Of a stretch of 64,000 nt of DNA, positions 1 through 8,898 are shown piece after piece. The position numbers and the translations under genes were made by a program. The notes beneath the pieces were generated by a model, which worked only from the letters and a program-made list of their open reading frames with translations, made no database searches and was not told the DNA's origin. Source of the stretch: Lachnospiraceae bacterium. GTDB lineage: Bacteria; Bacillota; Clostridia; Lachnospirales; Lachnospiraceae. How positions within the stretch are numbered: position 1 is the first letter of the stretch; each line of letters opens with the position of its first letter. The stretch is taken from contig JAGAMG010000046.1 in the NCBI GenBank assembly GCA_017624835.1, positions 45,152 to 109,151 on the forward strand. The letters are read 5' to 3'.

Positions 1-67
1 TGAGATAAATGTATAGGTAAGGATAGTAATTTAATAAAATAAAAAAGCAAGATAAGGGAGAAAGAAC

Positions 68-1474
68 ATGGGTGGATTTTTTGGTGTAGCATCCAATGAG
101 GATTGTGTATTTGATTTATTTTTTGGAACGGATTATCATTCTCATTTGGGAACCAGACGTGCAGGAATGGCTGTGTACAGTGAAGAGAAAGGCTATGACA
201 GGGCAATTCATAATATTGAGAATTCCCCCTTCCGTACCAAATTTGATAAAGATGTAAATGAGATGCGTGGTAACTTGGGTATTGGTTGTATTTCCGATTA
301 TGAGCCACAGCCCTTAATTGTACGTTCCCATCACGGTACTTATGCCATTGCAACCGTAGGTAAAATTAATAATACGGATGCCATTGTAAAGGATTTGTTT
401 GCAAAGGGACATGCTCATTTTCTGGAAATGAGTGGTGGTGATATTAATGCCACAGAGCTGGTGGCATCCATCGTAAACCAAAAGGATAATCTGGTGGAGG
501 GTATTCAGTATGCCCAGGAGATTATTGACGGCTCCATGACAATGCTGATAATGACCCCTAAGGGAATCTATGCTGCCCGTGACCGTATGGGAAGAACTCC
601 TGTGGCAATTGGTAAGAAGGATGGTGCCCATTGTATTTCCTTTGAGAGCTTTGCTTATTTAAATTTGGGATACAAGGAAGAGAGAGAACTTGGTCCCGGT
701 GAAATTGTAGTGGTAACACCGGAAAGTGTACATACCTTGGTGCAGCCCGGAAAGGATATGAAAATCTGTACCTTCCTTTGGGTATATTATGGTTATCCCT
801 CTTCCTCCTACGAAGGTATCAGTGTAGAGAAGATGCGTTATAATTGTGGAGAACTTTTGGCAGAACGTGATGATGTGAAGCCGGATATTGTAGCAGGTGT
901 TCCTGATTCCGGTACACCCCATGCCATTGGCTATGCAAATCGTTCCGGTATTCCTTTTTCCAGACCCTTTATTAAATATACACCTACCTGGCCACGTTCC
1001 TTTATGCCCACCATTCAGACCCAGCGTAATATGATTGCCAAAATGAAGCTGATTCCTGTGCATGATTTGATTCAGGATAAGAGCCTTCTTCTGATTGATG
1101 ACTCCATTGTGCGTGGTACCCAGTTGGGCGAAACTACAGAATTTTTATATGAGAGTGGTGCCAAGGAGGTACATATCCGTACTGCCTGTCCTCCTCTTAT
1201 GTATGGCTGTAAATATTTGAATTTCTCCCGTTCTTCTTCAGAAATGGATTTGATAACCAGAAGAGTAATTAAGGAAATTGAAGAGGAAGGTAAGGAAATT
1301 GATTTGAAGAATTATGTTGACCCGGATACCCCTGAATATCAGGATATGGTTGACAGAATCTGTAAGAAATTAAATTTTACATCCCTGCGTTTCCATAGAT
1401 TGGATGATATGATTAAATCTGTGGGGATTGATAAGTGTAAGTTATGTACTTATTGCTGGGATGGAAAAGAGTAG
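68..1474 (+). CDS. purF: Amidophosphoribosyltransferase (variant lacking the N-terminal catalytic Cys)
   Basis: PRPP-binding motif LLIDDSIVRGT, VPDSG, and Fe-S cysteines (CTFLWVY, YGCKY, CTYCWDG); N-terminus is MGGFFG; RBS GGGAG upstream. Confidence 0.93.
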   Translation: MGGFFGVASNEDCVFDLFFGTDYHSHLGTRRAGMAVYSEEKGYDRAIHNIENSPFRTKFDKDVNEMRGNLGIGCISDYEPQPLIVRSHHGTYAIATVGKINNTDAIVKDLFAKGHAHFLEMSGGDINATELVASIVNQKDNLVEGIQYAQEIIDGSMTMLIMTPKGIYAARDRMGRTPVAIGKKDGAHCISFESFAYLNLGYKEERELGPGEIVVVTPESVHTLVQPGKDMKICTFLWVYYGYPSSSYEGISVEKMRYNCGELLAERDDVKPDIVAGVPDSGTPHAIGYANRSGIPFSRPFIKYTPTWPRSFMPTIQTQRNMIAKMKLIPVHDLIQDKSLLLIDDSIVRGTQLGETTEFLYESGAKEVHIRTACPPLMYGCKYLNFSRSSSEMDLITRRVIKEIEEEGKEIDLKNYVDPDTPEYQDMVDRICKKLNFTSLRFHRLDDMIKSVGIDKCKLCTYCWDGKE

Positions 1475-1480
1475 AAATAG

Positions 1481-1516
1481 AAAACAGCATCACCGTTTAG
1501 GGTGGTGCTGTTTTTT
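1481..1516 (+). terminator. Intrinsic terminator after purF
   Basis: AAAACAGCATCACC / GGTGGTGCTGTTTT stem followed by a T-run. Confidence 0.85.
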
Positions 1517-1587
1517 GTAGGAGCAATATCCTATATTTTTTCCCGTGAAATAGAGTATAATAAAGGTATATATAAGCGGAACGGGGT

Positions 1588-2916
1588 ATGCATATGAGAA
1601 ATGATTATGGGGATGCAAATGAAGTTATTATTGCAGCGTTTCAGGCAATGCTGGATAATACACCGGATATGATGTTTGTAAAGGATGCAAATTTGGTGTA
1701 TAGGGCTGCCTCCATGCCTTTTGTAAAAATGGTAGGTAAAGAAAATGTCAATGAGATTATCGGTCATACGGATACAGAGATTTTTTCGGATGAAAATTTA
1801 GCGGAACGGTATATAGCGGATGATCAAAAGCTGTTAACTGAGAAAAGAAATATGGTTAATTATATGGAACCTATTACGGATGATAATGGACAGGCCAGAT
1901 ATGGCTCTACTTCCAAGTACCTTCTTACAGATAATGAAGGAAAGATTTTAGGGGTATTAGGTATCACTCAGGATATAACCAGAGATTATATTGTAAGACA
2001 GCATTACCAGCAGGAATTAAAATATTTATTTAAGCTTCCTCATGATACCTATGCGGTGTCCTATATTGATGTGGATGATTGGAGAATTATCAGTCAGAGA
2101 AGACAGAATATTGGAGAGGGAACATTACAGGCGTGTCTTACCGTAGAAAAGCTCTGTCAGGCTGCAAAGGACTCCATTGTGGAACGGGGGAGTATGGCGG
2201 CTGAATTTTATCATAATTTTACCCCTAATTTTTTACGGCGCATGTATGGCAAGGGAAGGAGTCATTTATCCTTTAAATATCAACGGGTATTGACGGATGG
2301 TTCCGTACATTGGATACACAATGAAGTGAGATTTCTGATTGATGTGGATACCGGTCATTTGTGTGCGATGCTTACGGCTAAGAATATTGACAGTGAAAAA
2401 TTGAAGGAACAGAAGCTGGCAGAAGCGGCTGAAATGGATAGAATGACAAGGCTGTTAAATCGGGAGACCACCATGGAGCATATTCAGCAGACGCTTGTCT
2501 ATGAGGATGAGTCGTCCCATGCCTTGTTTATGATTGATGCAGACAATTTTAAGTCACTTAATGATACAATGGGACATCAGACCGGCGATGAGTTCCTGAT
2601 TAATTTTGCCACGGAAATCAAAAACTGTTTTAGTGAGAATGATATTGTGGGCAGAGTTGGCGGCGATGAATTTTTTGTATTGATGAAAAATGTTTCTGAG
2701 CTTTCTGATACCACCAAAAAGGCAGAAGAATTGTTAAAGGCAAGTCGTAAGGTATGTGCAAAATATCCAACGGTTCAGCTTTCAGCAAGTATTGGTATCG
2801 GCATGTATCCGGATACAGGGAAAACGTTGCAGGAGCTCTATTCCCGGGCTGATAATGCCTTGTATGAGGCAAAGAGAAAAGGGAAAAATCAATTTGTTAT
2901 CGAGATTGGTTCATAA
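1588..2916 (+). CDS. PAS-domain diguanylate cyclase (GGDEF)
   Basis: N-terminal PAS/PAC-like segment (PDMMFVKD...GVLGITQDIT); C-terminal DADNFKSLNDTMGH...GD, RVGGDEF, SIGI, ADNALYEAK. Confidence 0.9.
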   Translation: MHMRNDYGDANEVIIAAFQAMLDNTPDMMFVKDANLVYRAASMPFVKMVGKENVNEIIGHTDTEIFSDENLAERYIADDQKLLTEKRNMVNYMEPITDDNGQARYGSTSKYLLTDNEGKILGVLGITQDITRDYIVRQHYQQELKYLFKLPHDTYAVSYIDVDDWRIISQRRQNIGEGTLQACLTVEKLCQAAKDSIVERGSMAAEFYHNFTPNFLRRMYGKGRSHLSFKYQRVLTDGSVHWIHNEVRFLIDVDTGHLCAMLTAKNIDSEKLKEQKLAEAAEMDRMTRLLNRETTMEHIQQTLVYEDESSHALFMIDADNFKSLNDTMGHQTGDEFLINFATEIKNCFSENDIVGRVGGDEFFVLMKNVSELSDTTKKAEELLKASRKVCAKYPTVQLSASIGIGMYPDTGKTLQELYSRADNALYEAKRKGKNQFVIEIGS

Positions 2917-2978
2917 GTTTAAATTATACATTGCATAAAAACTATTGATTTTACTTATGCTAATGGTGGAGTTATACT
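2913..2978 (+). promoter_or_regulatory. purA promoter with LysR-type T-N11-A boxes
   Basis: ATAA-N7-TTAT at 2913-2927 and ATAA-N7-TGAT at 2935-2949, next to -35 TTTACT (2950-2955), 17-nt spacer, -10 TATACT (2973-2978). Confidence 0.6.
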
Positions 2979-3055
2979 ATCTGTGTCATGAAGCGGTTGT
3001 TACCTGCAATCGTAAAAATGAGAATAGTAGATTTCAGAAAGGCGAGGTAAATGAT

Positions 3056-4345
3056 ATGGTAAAGGCAGTTGTAGGTGCGAATTGGGGCGACGAAGGAAAA
3101 GGTAAGATTACAGATATGCTGGCGCAGGGGGCGGACATTATTGTGCGTTTTCAGGGAGGTGCCAACGCAGGGCATACCATAGTAAATGATTATGGAAAGT
3201 TTGCCTTGCATACCTTGCCGTCGGGGGTGTTTTATCATCATACCACAAGTATTATCGGCAATGGTGTGGCATTAAATATCCCGATTTTATTTCAGGAGAT
3301 TCAATCCATTGTAGAAAAGGGTGTGCCCATGCCAAAGATATTGGTTTCTGACAGGGCGCAGATTGTGATGCCATATCATATTTTATTTGACCAATATGAG
3401 GAAGAACGACTTGGGGGGAAATCCTTTGGCTCTACCAAGTCCGGTATTGCGCCCTTTTATTCGGATAAGTATGCCAAGATTGGCTTTCAAGTGAGCGAGC
3501 TTTTTGAGGAAGAATTGTTGGCAGAAAAGGTGGAGCGTGTCTGCGAAATGAAGAATATTCTATTACAGCATTTGTACCATAAGCCCGCCATTGATGTGAA
3601 GCAATTGTTGGAAACCCTGCATCAGTACAGGGATATGGTAGCTCCCTATGTGTGCGATGTTTCTGCTTATTTGGATAAGGCATTGAAGGAGGGAAAGACG
3701 GTTCTCTTAGAGGGACAGCTTGGAACCTTGAAGGATCCGGATCATGGTATTTATCCCATGGTTACCTCATCTTCTACATTGGCAGCATACGGTGCCATTG
3801 GAGCAGGGATTCCACCCTATGAGATAAAGGAGATTATTACGGTATGTAAGGCATATTCCTCGGCAGTAGGTGCAGGAGTTTTTGTATCGGAAATCTTTGG
3901 TGAGGAAGCGGATGAGTTAAGACGGCGCGGTGGTGACGGCGGAGAATATGGTGCAACCACAGGGCGTCCCAGACGTATGGGCTGGTTTGACTGTGTGGCA
4001 TCCAAATATGGGTGTCGTATGCAGGGGACTACGGATGTAGCCTTTACGGTATTGGATGTGTTGGGATATTTGGATGAAATTCCGGTATGTGTGGGCTATG
4101 AAATTGATGGAGAAGTTACCACGGAATTCCCGGTTACTGCAAAGCTTGCAAAGGCAAAGCCGGTATTGCAGAATCTGCCCGGTTGGAAATGCGAGATTCG
4201 TGGTATCAGGAAATATGAGGAACTGCCGGAAAATTGTCGAAATTATATTGAGTTTATTGAAAAACAGATTGGCTACCCCATTACCATGATTAGCAACGGT
4301 CCGGGAAGAGAGGACATTATATATAGGAATAAACCTATTATTTAG
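3056..4345 (+). CDS. purA: Adenylosuccinate synthase
   Basis: GANWGDEGKGK, RFQGGANAGHT, GEYGATTGRPRR motifs; start moved to ATG 3056 behind RBS GAGG. Confidence 0.97.
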   Translation: MVKAVVGANWGDEGKGKITDMLAQGADIIVRFQGGANAGHTIVNDYGKFALHTLPSGVFYHHTTSIIGNGVALNIPILFQEIQSIVEKGVPMPKILVSDRAQIVMPYHILFDQYEEERLGGKSFGSTKSGIAPFYSDKYAKIGFQVSELFEEELLAEKVERVCEMKNILLQHLYHKPAIDVKQLLETLHQYRDMVAPYVCDVSAYLDKALKEGKTVLLEGQLGTLKDPDHGIYPMVTSSSTLAAYGAIGAGIPPYEIKEIITVCKAYSSAVGAGVFVSEIFGEEADELRRRGGDGGEYGATTGRPRRMGWFDCVASKYGCRMQGTTDVAFTVLDVLGYLDEIPVCVGYEIDGEVTTEFPVTAKLAKAKPVLQNLPGWKCEIRGIRKYEELPENCRNYIEFIEKQIGYPITMISNGPGREDIIYRNKPII

Positions 4346-4365
4346 CAGATAAATTGGAGAAACAA

Positions 4366-5259
4366 ATGACAGGAAATCTGGAATATTTTAAGGTGTTTTA
4401 TTATACGGCAAAATGCGGCAGTCTTACCAAGGCTGCCGGAGAGCTTGCGATTTCCCAACCGGCGGTCAGTCAGGCATTAAAGCAATTGGAGAGAAGTTTG
4501 GATGTGGAGCTTTTTTACAGAGCTTCAAAGGGGGTACGTCTGACTGCTGAGGGAGAGCTTTTGTTTTCCTATGTGGAAAAGGGGTATGAGCAGATTGAGT
4601 TGGGTGTGCAGAAGGTACGCCAGATGCAGAATATGGAATTGGGTGAGATAAGAATCGGTGCCAGTGATATGACTCTGCAATTTTATTTACTTCCTTTTTT
4701 GGAAAAATTCCACGAGCAGTATCCTGAGATAAAAATTGTTGTTACCAATGCACCCACTCCTCAGACCCTGGAAACCCTTCGGGCAGGAAGAATTGATTTT
4801 TGTATTGTCAGTTCACCCTTTGGTGAGATAGGTGATTTGGAGGTATTACCGGTTCGGGAAATTGAGGATGTTTTTGTGGCGGGAAGAAGATTTACTTCCT
4901 ATAAGAATAAGACATTGGATTTTCAGGAATTGGAAAATTTGCCGTTGATATGTCTGGAAAAAAACACCAGCACCAGAAAATACATGGATGAGTTTATGGC
5001 AAAAAACAATGTGCGGATTCAACCGGAATTTGAACTGGCTACCAGTGATATGATTGTACAGTTTGTAAGAAGAAATCTGGGGGTTGGCTGTGTGGTAAAG
5101 GATTTTGCCAAGGATTATGTGGAGTCCGGCTTGCTGTTTGAACTGAGATTTAATAAAATCATACCTAAGCGTCAGTTTTGTGTGGTGAGAAATACCAAAA
5201 TCCCTATGAATACGGCAGCAAAAAAGCTTTTGCAGATTATGGAGCTGGAAAACAAATGA
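4366..5259 (+). CDS. LysR-family transcriptional regulator
   Basis: HTH SLTKAAGELAISQPAVSQALKQLE, LFYRASKGVRLT, GEIRIGAS; start ATG 4366 (or TTG 4354). Confidence 0.93.
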   Translation: MTGNLEYFKVFYYTAKCGSLTKAAGELAISQPAVSQALKQLERSLDVELFYRASKGVRLTAEGELLFSYVEKGYEQIELGVQKVRQMQNMELGEIRIGASDMTLQFYLLPFLEKFHEQYPEIKIVVTNAPTPQTLETLRAGRIDFCIVSSPFGEIGDLEVLPVREIEDVFVAGRRFTSYKNKTLDFQELENLPLICLEKNTSTRKYMDEFMAKNNVRIQPEFELATSDMIVQFVRRNLGVGCVVKDFAKDYVESGLLFELRFNKIIPKRQFCVVRNTKIPMNTAAKKLLQIMELENK

Positions 5260-5858
5260 TTAAAAATATTATTTTTGATATAGGAAATGTATTGGCAGAT
5301 TTCAGATGGAAGGAATTTCTGCAGGATAGGGGCTTTGATGAGGAAATGGTAGCGCGCATTGCCAAAGCTTCGGTATTAAGCCCGGTATGGTTTGAACTGG
5401 ACAGAGGAAAATGGACGGATGAGGAAATCCTGCAAGGCTTTGTGGATGCAGACCCGGAAATTGAAAAAGAATTGCACCTTGCCTTTGATAACGTGGAGGG
5501 TATGGTTACTATCAGGGATTATGCCATTCCCTGGCTACAGGAGTTAAAAGCAAAGGGTTTAAAGGTCTGGTATCTATCCAATTTTTCCCGCAAGGCAGAG
5601 AGGGATTGTAAGGAAAGTCTGGCATTTTTGCCCTATATGGATGGAGGGATTTTATCCTATAAGGAGCAGCTGATTAAGCCTGATGCAGCTATTTATGAGC
5701 TTTTGCTTGAGCGCTATGGGTTGGTGGCAGAGGAATGTGTTTTTCTGGATGATACCCTGCCCAATGTGGAAGCAGCCAAGGCTTTGGGGATTCATGGGAT
5801 TCATTTTACCACCAAGGACCAGGCAGAAAGGGAACTTCGGGAGTTTGGGGTAAACTAA
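5256..5858 (+). CDS. HAD-family phosphatase
   Basis: Motif I IIFDIGNVL, LSN, KPDAAIY, FLDD; ATGA overlap with lysR stop. Confidence 0.9.
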   Translation: MIKNIIFDIGNVLADFRWKEFLQDRGFDEEMVARIAKASVLSPVWFELDRGKWTDEEILQGFVDADPEIEKELHLAFDNVEGMVTIRDYAIPWLQELKAKGLKVWYLSNFSRKAERDCKESLAFLPYMDGGILSYKEQLIKPDAAIYELLLERYGLVAEECVFLDDTLPNVEAAKALGIHGIHFTTKDQAERELREFGVN

Positions 5859-5878
5859 ATAAAACTCTGTGCCGATAT
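5851..5878 (+). promoter_or_regulatory. Putative sigma-28 (FliA/SigD) promoter
   Basis: TAAA (5851-5854), N16, GCCGATAT (5871-5878); -10 matches the SigD consensus exactly, spacer is one base longer than canonical. Confidence 0.65.
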
Positions 5879-5888
5879 ACATATCAGC

Positions 5889-6020
5889 TAAGGACAGCGT
5901 CTATTTTCAACGGATTGAACAGTTGGAGAAGACGCTGTTTTTGCGTAAAAAATAAATACCGCTTGGTCCTTTCAGGAAAGCGGTGCAGCCCGGAATGACG
6001 GAAAGGCTGCGGAAAGGAGG
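5889..6020 (+). promoter_or_regulatory. Structured leader with multiple GGA hairpins; first stem may act as a terminator
   Basis: Stems ACAGCGTCT/AGACGCTGT + T5, ACCGCTT/AAGCGGT, GCAGCC/GGCTGC; 8 GGA trinucleotides. Confidence 0.55.
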
Positions 6021-6024
6021 TAAA

Positions 6025-7326
6025 ATGCAGGTAAATGGCAGTGTAAGCTCGCGCTATACAGAAGTTTGGAAGCAAGACAGAACAGTACAGCGTGGCACCA
6101 GATTTGCTGAAATGGCAGGTTTGGATTTAGGTATTGATGCAGGGGCAGATGGTAATGATGCTCAGGCTGCAACAATGCGGTATGCCGATTCACGAGAGCT
6201 TTATATGGCACAAGCCGAGCAGGTAACCAATGTTGGTCTTGGCGATACGCGGGAGGCTGAGGGAGCTGTAACGGTAGCGGAGTCGGAGGAAAAAGGAGAA
6301 ATTTTAGGAATTACCATGGTGCCTGAGGAAGGGCAGTCCATAACCTATGGGGTGAAGGCTGTGCTCAGTGAGAAATCTACGGCAGCAAATCCTATCGTAC
6401 AGGTTGTCTCCAATCTGGGAGGGAAAAAGGTAGTAGTAAATGTTCAGATTAATAAGGTAAATCCAAGCTGTGCCACACAATTGGAAATGTTTGCCTTGCT
6501 CAGCTATACCGATAAAATGGGTATCACTGATGGAGGTACCTTTGGTTCATTTCACCAATTAAAGCTGTATGCTCAAAATGCCGCTTATAGGGGCTATTGC
6601 AGTGATTTATCGGGAGAGGATGCATTCTTAAATGAGAAGGTTGATTGGACGGAGATTCTGAATAAGATAATGGGAGATTATCTGGAAGCGGAGGCTTATA
6701 ATCAATATGAAGATTGTAAAAGGCTGCTGGATTATCTGACTACGGTTGTAGGAGAAAGAGAATCGGAGCAGGAAGAATCTCTGGCGGCATATAAGGAAAA
6801 GCTATTGCAGAAAATTCAAAATGGGGATACGGATACTGCTTATCGGATTGGTGCCCAAGAATATACAGAAAAACAATGGAAGGAATTTTTGGAACGATTT
6901 GATTCTGTTGAAGAAATGATGCGAGAGTTAATGCGTGAGCGTCACAAAAAGGAGCAGGAAAAAAGGGAAGAAAGAGAACGCCTGTTGGAGGAGGAAAAGC
7001 TCCTTACTGCTCAAACCACTGTCTGTACCTACCCCACAACGGACCCTACGGATGCAGACATCCGTTATATTACCTGGTATACCGAAGAAGGAATCTTTTG
7101 CAGAAAAGCAGGACAAACAGAAGGCTACGAATGGTCCATTGCTTTTGAAAATAAAGAGCAATATAAAAAGGTAACTGAATTTATCGCCCAATTCCCGGAG
7201 GATGGGAATCTGCGCTTTGCCGCTCATGAAAATTTTTGGATGGATTTTTTGAACAATGCAATTCCCATGGATGAATTTGTGAAATTCATAAAAGGAACCG
7301 ACAAGGGAGTGTTTGTCACCCCATAA
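6025..7326 (+). CDS. Hypothetical protein (multi-module, charged helical segment)
   Basis: Long ORF; ATG 6025 follows AAGGAGG; no signal peptide or catalytic motif recognised. Confidence 0.8.
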   Translation: MQVNGSVSSRYTEVWKQDRTVQRGTRFAEMAGLDLGIDAGADGNDAQAATMRYADSRELYMAQAEQVTNVGLGDTREAEGAVTVAESEEKGEILGITMVPEEGQSITYGVKAVLSEKSTAANPIVQVVSNLGGKKVVVNVQINKVNPSCATQLEMFALLSYTDKMGITDGGTFGSFHQLKLYAQNAAYRGYCSDLSGEDAFLNEKVDWTEILNKIMGDYLEAEAYNQYEDCKRLLDYLTTVVGERESEQEESLAAYKEKLLQKIQNGDTDTAYRIGAQEYTEKQWKEFLERFDSVEEMMRELMRERHKKEQEKREERERLLEEEKLLTAQTTVCTYPTTDPTDADIRYITWYTEEGIFCRKAGQTEGYEWSIAFENKEQYKKVTEFIAQFPEDGNLRFAAHENFWMDFLNNAIPMDEFVKFIKGTDKGVFVTP

Positions 7327-7393
7327 TCGTTGAAAAGAAAGAAGTTGTTTCCCTTGAAAACAGAGAAACAACTTTTTCAGGTTTTATTCTATT

Positions 7394-7642
7394 CTAATCT
7401 TCATCACCATGAGTCATTTTCTGATACAACCAGGTATAAATCCAAATCAAAAAAGGAATGGCAAAGGAGGAAGCCAAGCATAAAGCAAAGAGCTTCCCGG
7501 AGGCAGATTTATCCACAAAAGCCACCACCAAGGTTACCACATACATCAACACCAAAAGCACCACCCCAACAATTGCCACAATTTGCTTGGAGGACATTTT
7601 CTTTTTGGGGGAATTATTATTAGTAGTCATTTTATCATTCAT
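7394..7642 (-). CDS. Small two-TM membrane protein, hypothetical
   Basis: Two hydrophobic helices after a basic N-terminus; RBS-like AAAGGA upstream. Confidence 0.75.
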   Translation of the reverse strand: MNDKMTTNNNSPKKKMSSKQIVAIVGVVLLVLMYVVTLVVAFVDKSASGKLFALCLASSFAIPFLIWIYTWLYQKMTHGDED

Positions 7643-7807
7643 GAGGAGTTATCCTTTCTTAAAATATATTCGCATTTATTCATGAAAAAAGCTGTCTGGC
7701 AATATTCTACCACAATTACAAACATTTTGTAAAACCCTACAACATATTACTCAAGTTCAATTATTTTTTCAGTGTGTTTTTGCTAATTATTATCAATTTT
7801 TGAAATG

Positions 7808-8073
7808 TGGGCGAGGGAATATGTAGGCGGGGTGGGAGGTGGGGGGGGATGGGGAGAACCTTTCGAATCAGGAGAGCGTTTTCTTATCGGTGGATGAACC
7901 GATTCAGGGGGAAACGCACAGGACGTGCGTTTCAGGAATTACGGCGCATGGATGCGCCTTAATTCCGACCCGCAGCTTACGAAAAACTTTCCCCCACCGA
8001 TTAGAAAACATCGACTGAGGAGTAGGTTCTCCCCATACCGCCCCGCCTCCCACCCCTTCACATCCCCCACCCT
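7808..8073. repeat. Long nested imperfect palindrome (structured intergenic element)
   Basis: GGGGTGGGAGG (7829-7839)/CCTCCCACCCC (8046-8056); ATGGGGAGAACCT (7849-7861)/AGGTTCTCCCCAT (8024-8036); 7878-7893/7994-8009; two inner hairpins. Confidence 0.8.
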
Positions 8074-8077
8074 CTTA

Positions 8078-8187
8078 CAAAAACAAAAACCCCCGGAAAC
8101 GCGTCCCACGCATTCCCGGAGGCTTTTAAGGGGAGGATTAAGTATTATTTTTATCCTTGGTAGTATCAAAGGAGGGGGTTCCAATGA
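8078..8187 (-). ncRNA. Candidate sporulation (sigma-G/F) C-rich small RNA
   Basis: Minus-strand promoter GTATAA-N16-CATACTA (8222-8194), C-rich motifs CCCCCTCC and TCCTCCCC, and a terminator hairpin (8086-8127) with T-tract; no RBS or short ORF inside. Confidence 0.55.
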
Positions 8188-8275
8188 TAGTAGTAGTATG
8201 TCACAGGAAAAAAGATTTATACACTTCATTCTAAAATTTTTAAAAATATTTTGACTGTTTTTAAGGAATTTTTAG

Positions 8276-8304
8276 TTGTGTAAAAAGACAATCTGTTATA
8301 TACT
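8276..8304 (+). promoter_or_regulatory. Sigma-A promoter of the SEC-C gene
   Basis: TTGTGT-N17-TATACT. Confidence 0.55.
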
Positions 8305-8381
8305 ATAGCTTGTCAGAGAAATATTCTGAGAGCGTAAGACGCTAATATACAAAAAGCATAGTTAATAAGGATGGTATTATT

Positions 8382-8885
8382 ATGGCATTATTAGAACAGT
8401 GGAGAGAGATAGCATATAATGAGAACACCAGCAGAGAAAAGCTGCAGCAGCTTTGGGGTGCATACTTCATGGAAGAGAAGGATATCTATGCAAAGCTTTT
8501 AAAGAATCCTGATGAAGTGGTAAAGGGTACCGTTAAGGAACTGGCTGACAAATATGAAGTTTCTCTTATGACCATGACCGGTTTCTTGGATGGTATCAAT
8601 GATAGCTTGGTAGAGGCTAATCCTATTGAAGAAATGGAAGAGGATACCGTAGTAAATCTTGGTTTTGACAAGGCACTTCTTTACAAGAATATGGTAGCTG
8701 CAGAGGCAGATTGGCTTTACAATCTGGAAGAGTGGAATGATATCTTTGATGAAGATACCAAGAAGGCTCTTTATAAAGAACAGAAGTCTTCTACCACAAT
8801 TGTTAAGGAAGCAAAGATTTATCCCAATGATCCTTGCCCTTGTGGAAGCGGTAAAAAATATAAAAAATGTTGTGGTAAGAAATAA
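8382..8885 (+). CDS. SEC-C metal-binding domain protein
   Basis: C-terminal [17 protein letters not shown]. Confidence 0.92.
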   Translation: MALLEQWREIAYNENTSREKLQQLWGAYFMEEKDIYAKLLKNPDEVVKGTVKELADKYEVSLMTMTGFLDGINDSLVEANPIEEMEEDTVVNLGFDKALLYKNMVAAEADWLYNLEEWNDIFDEDTKKALYKEQKSSTTIVKEAKIYPNDPCPCGSGKKYKKCCGKK

Positions 8886-8898
8886 TTCCGCATAATCT

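Noticed and set aside
7925-8254. ORFs 7925..8254 (+) and 7939..8229 (-)
   Set aside because: No RBS, odd composition, and they cross a terminator and a palindrome; better explained as non-coding structure.
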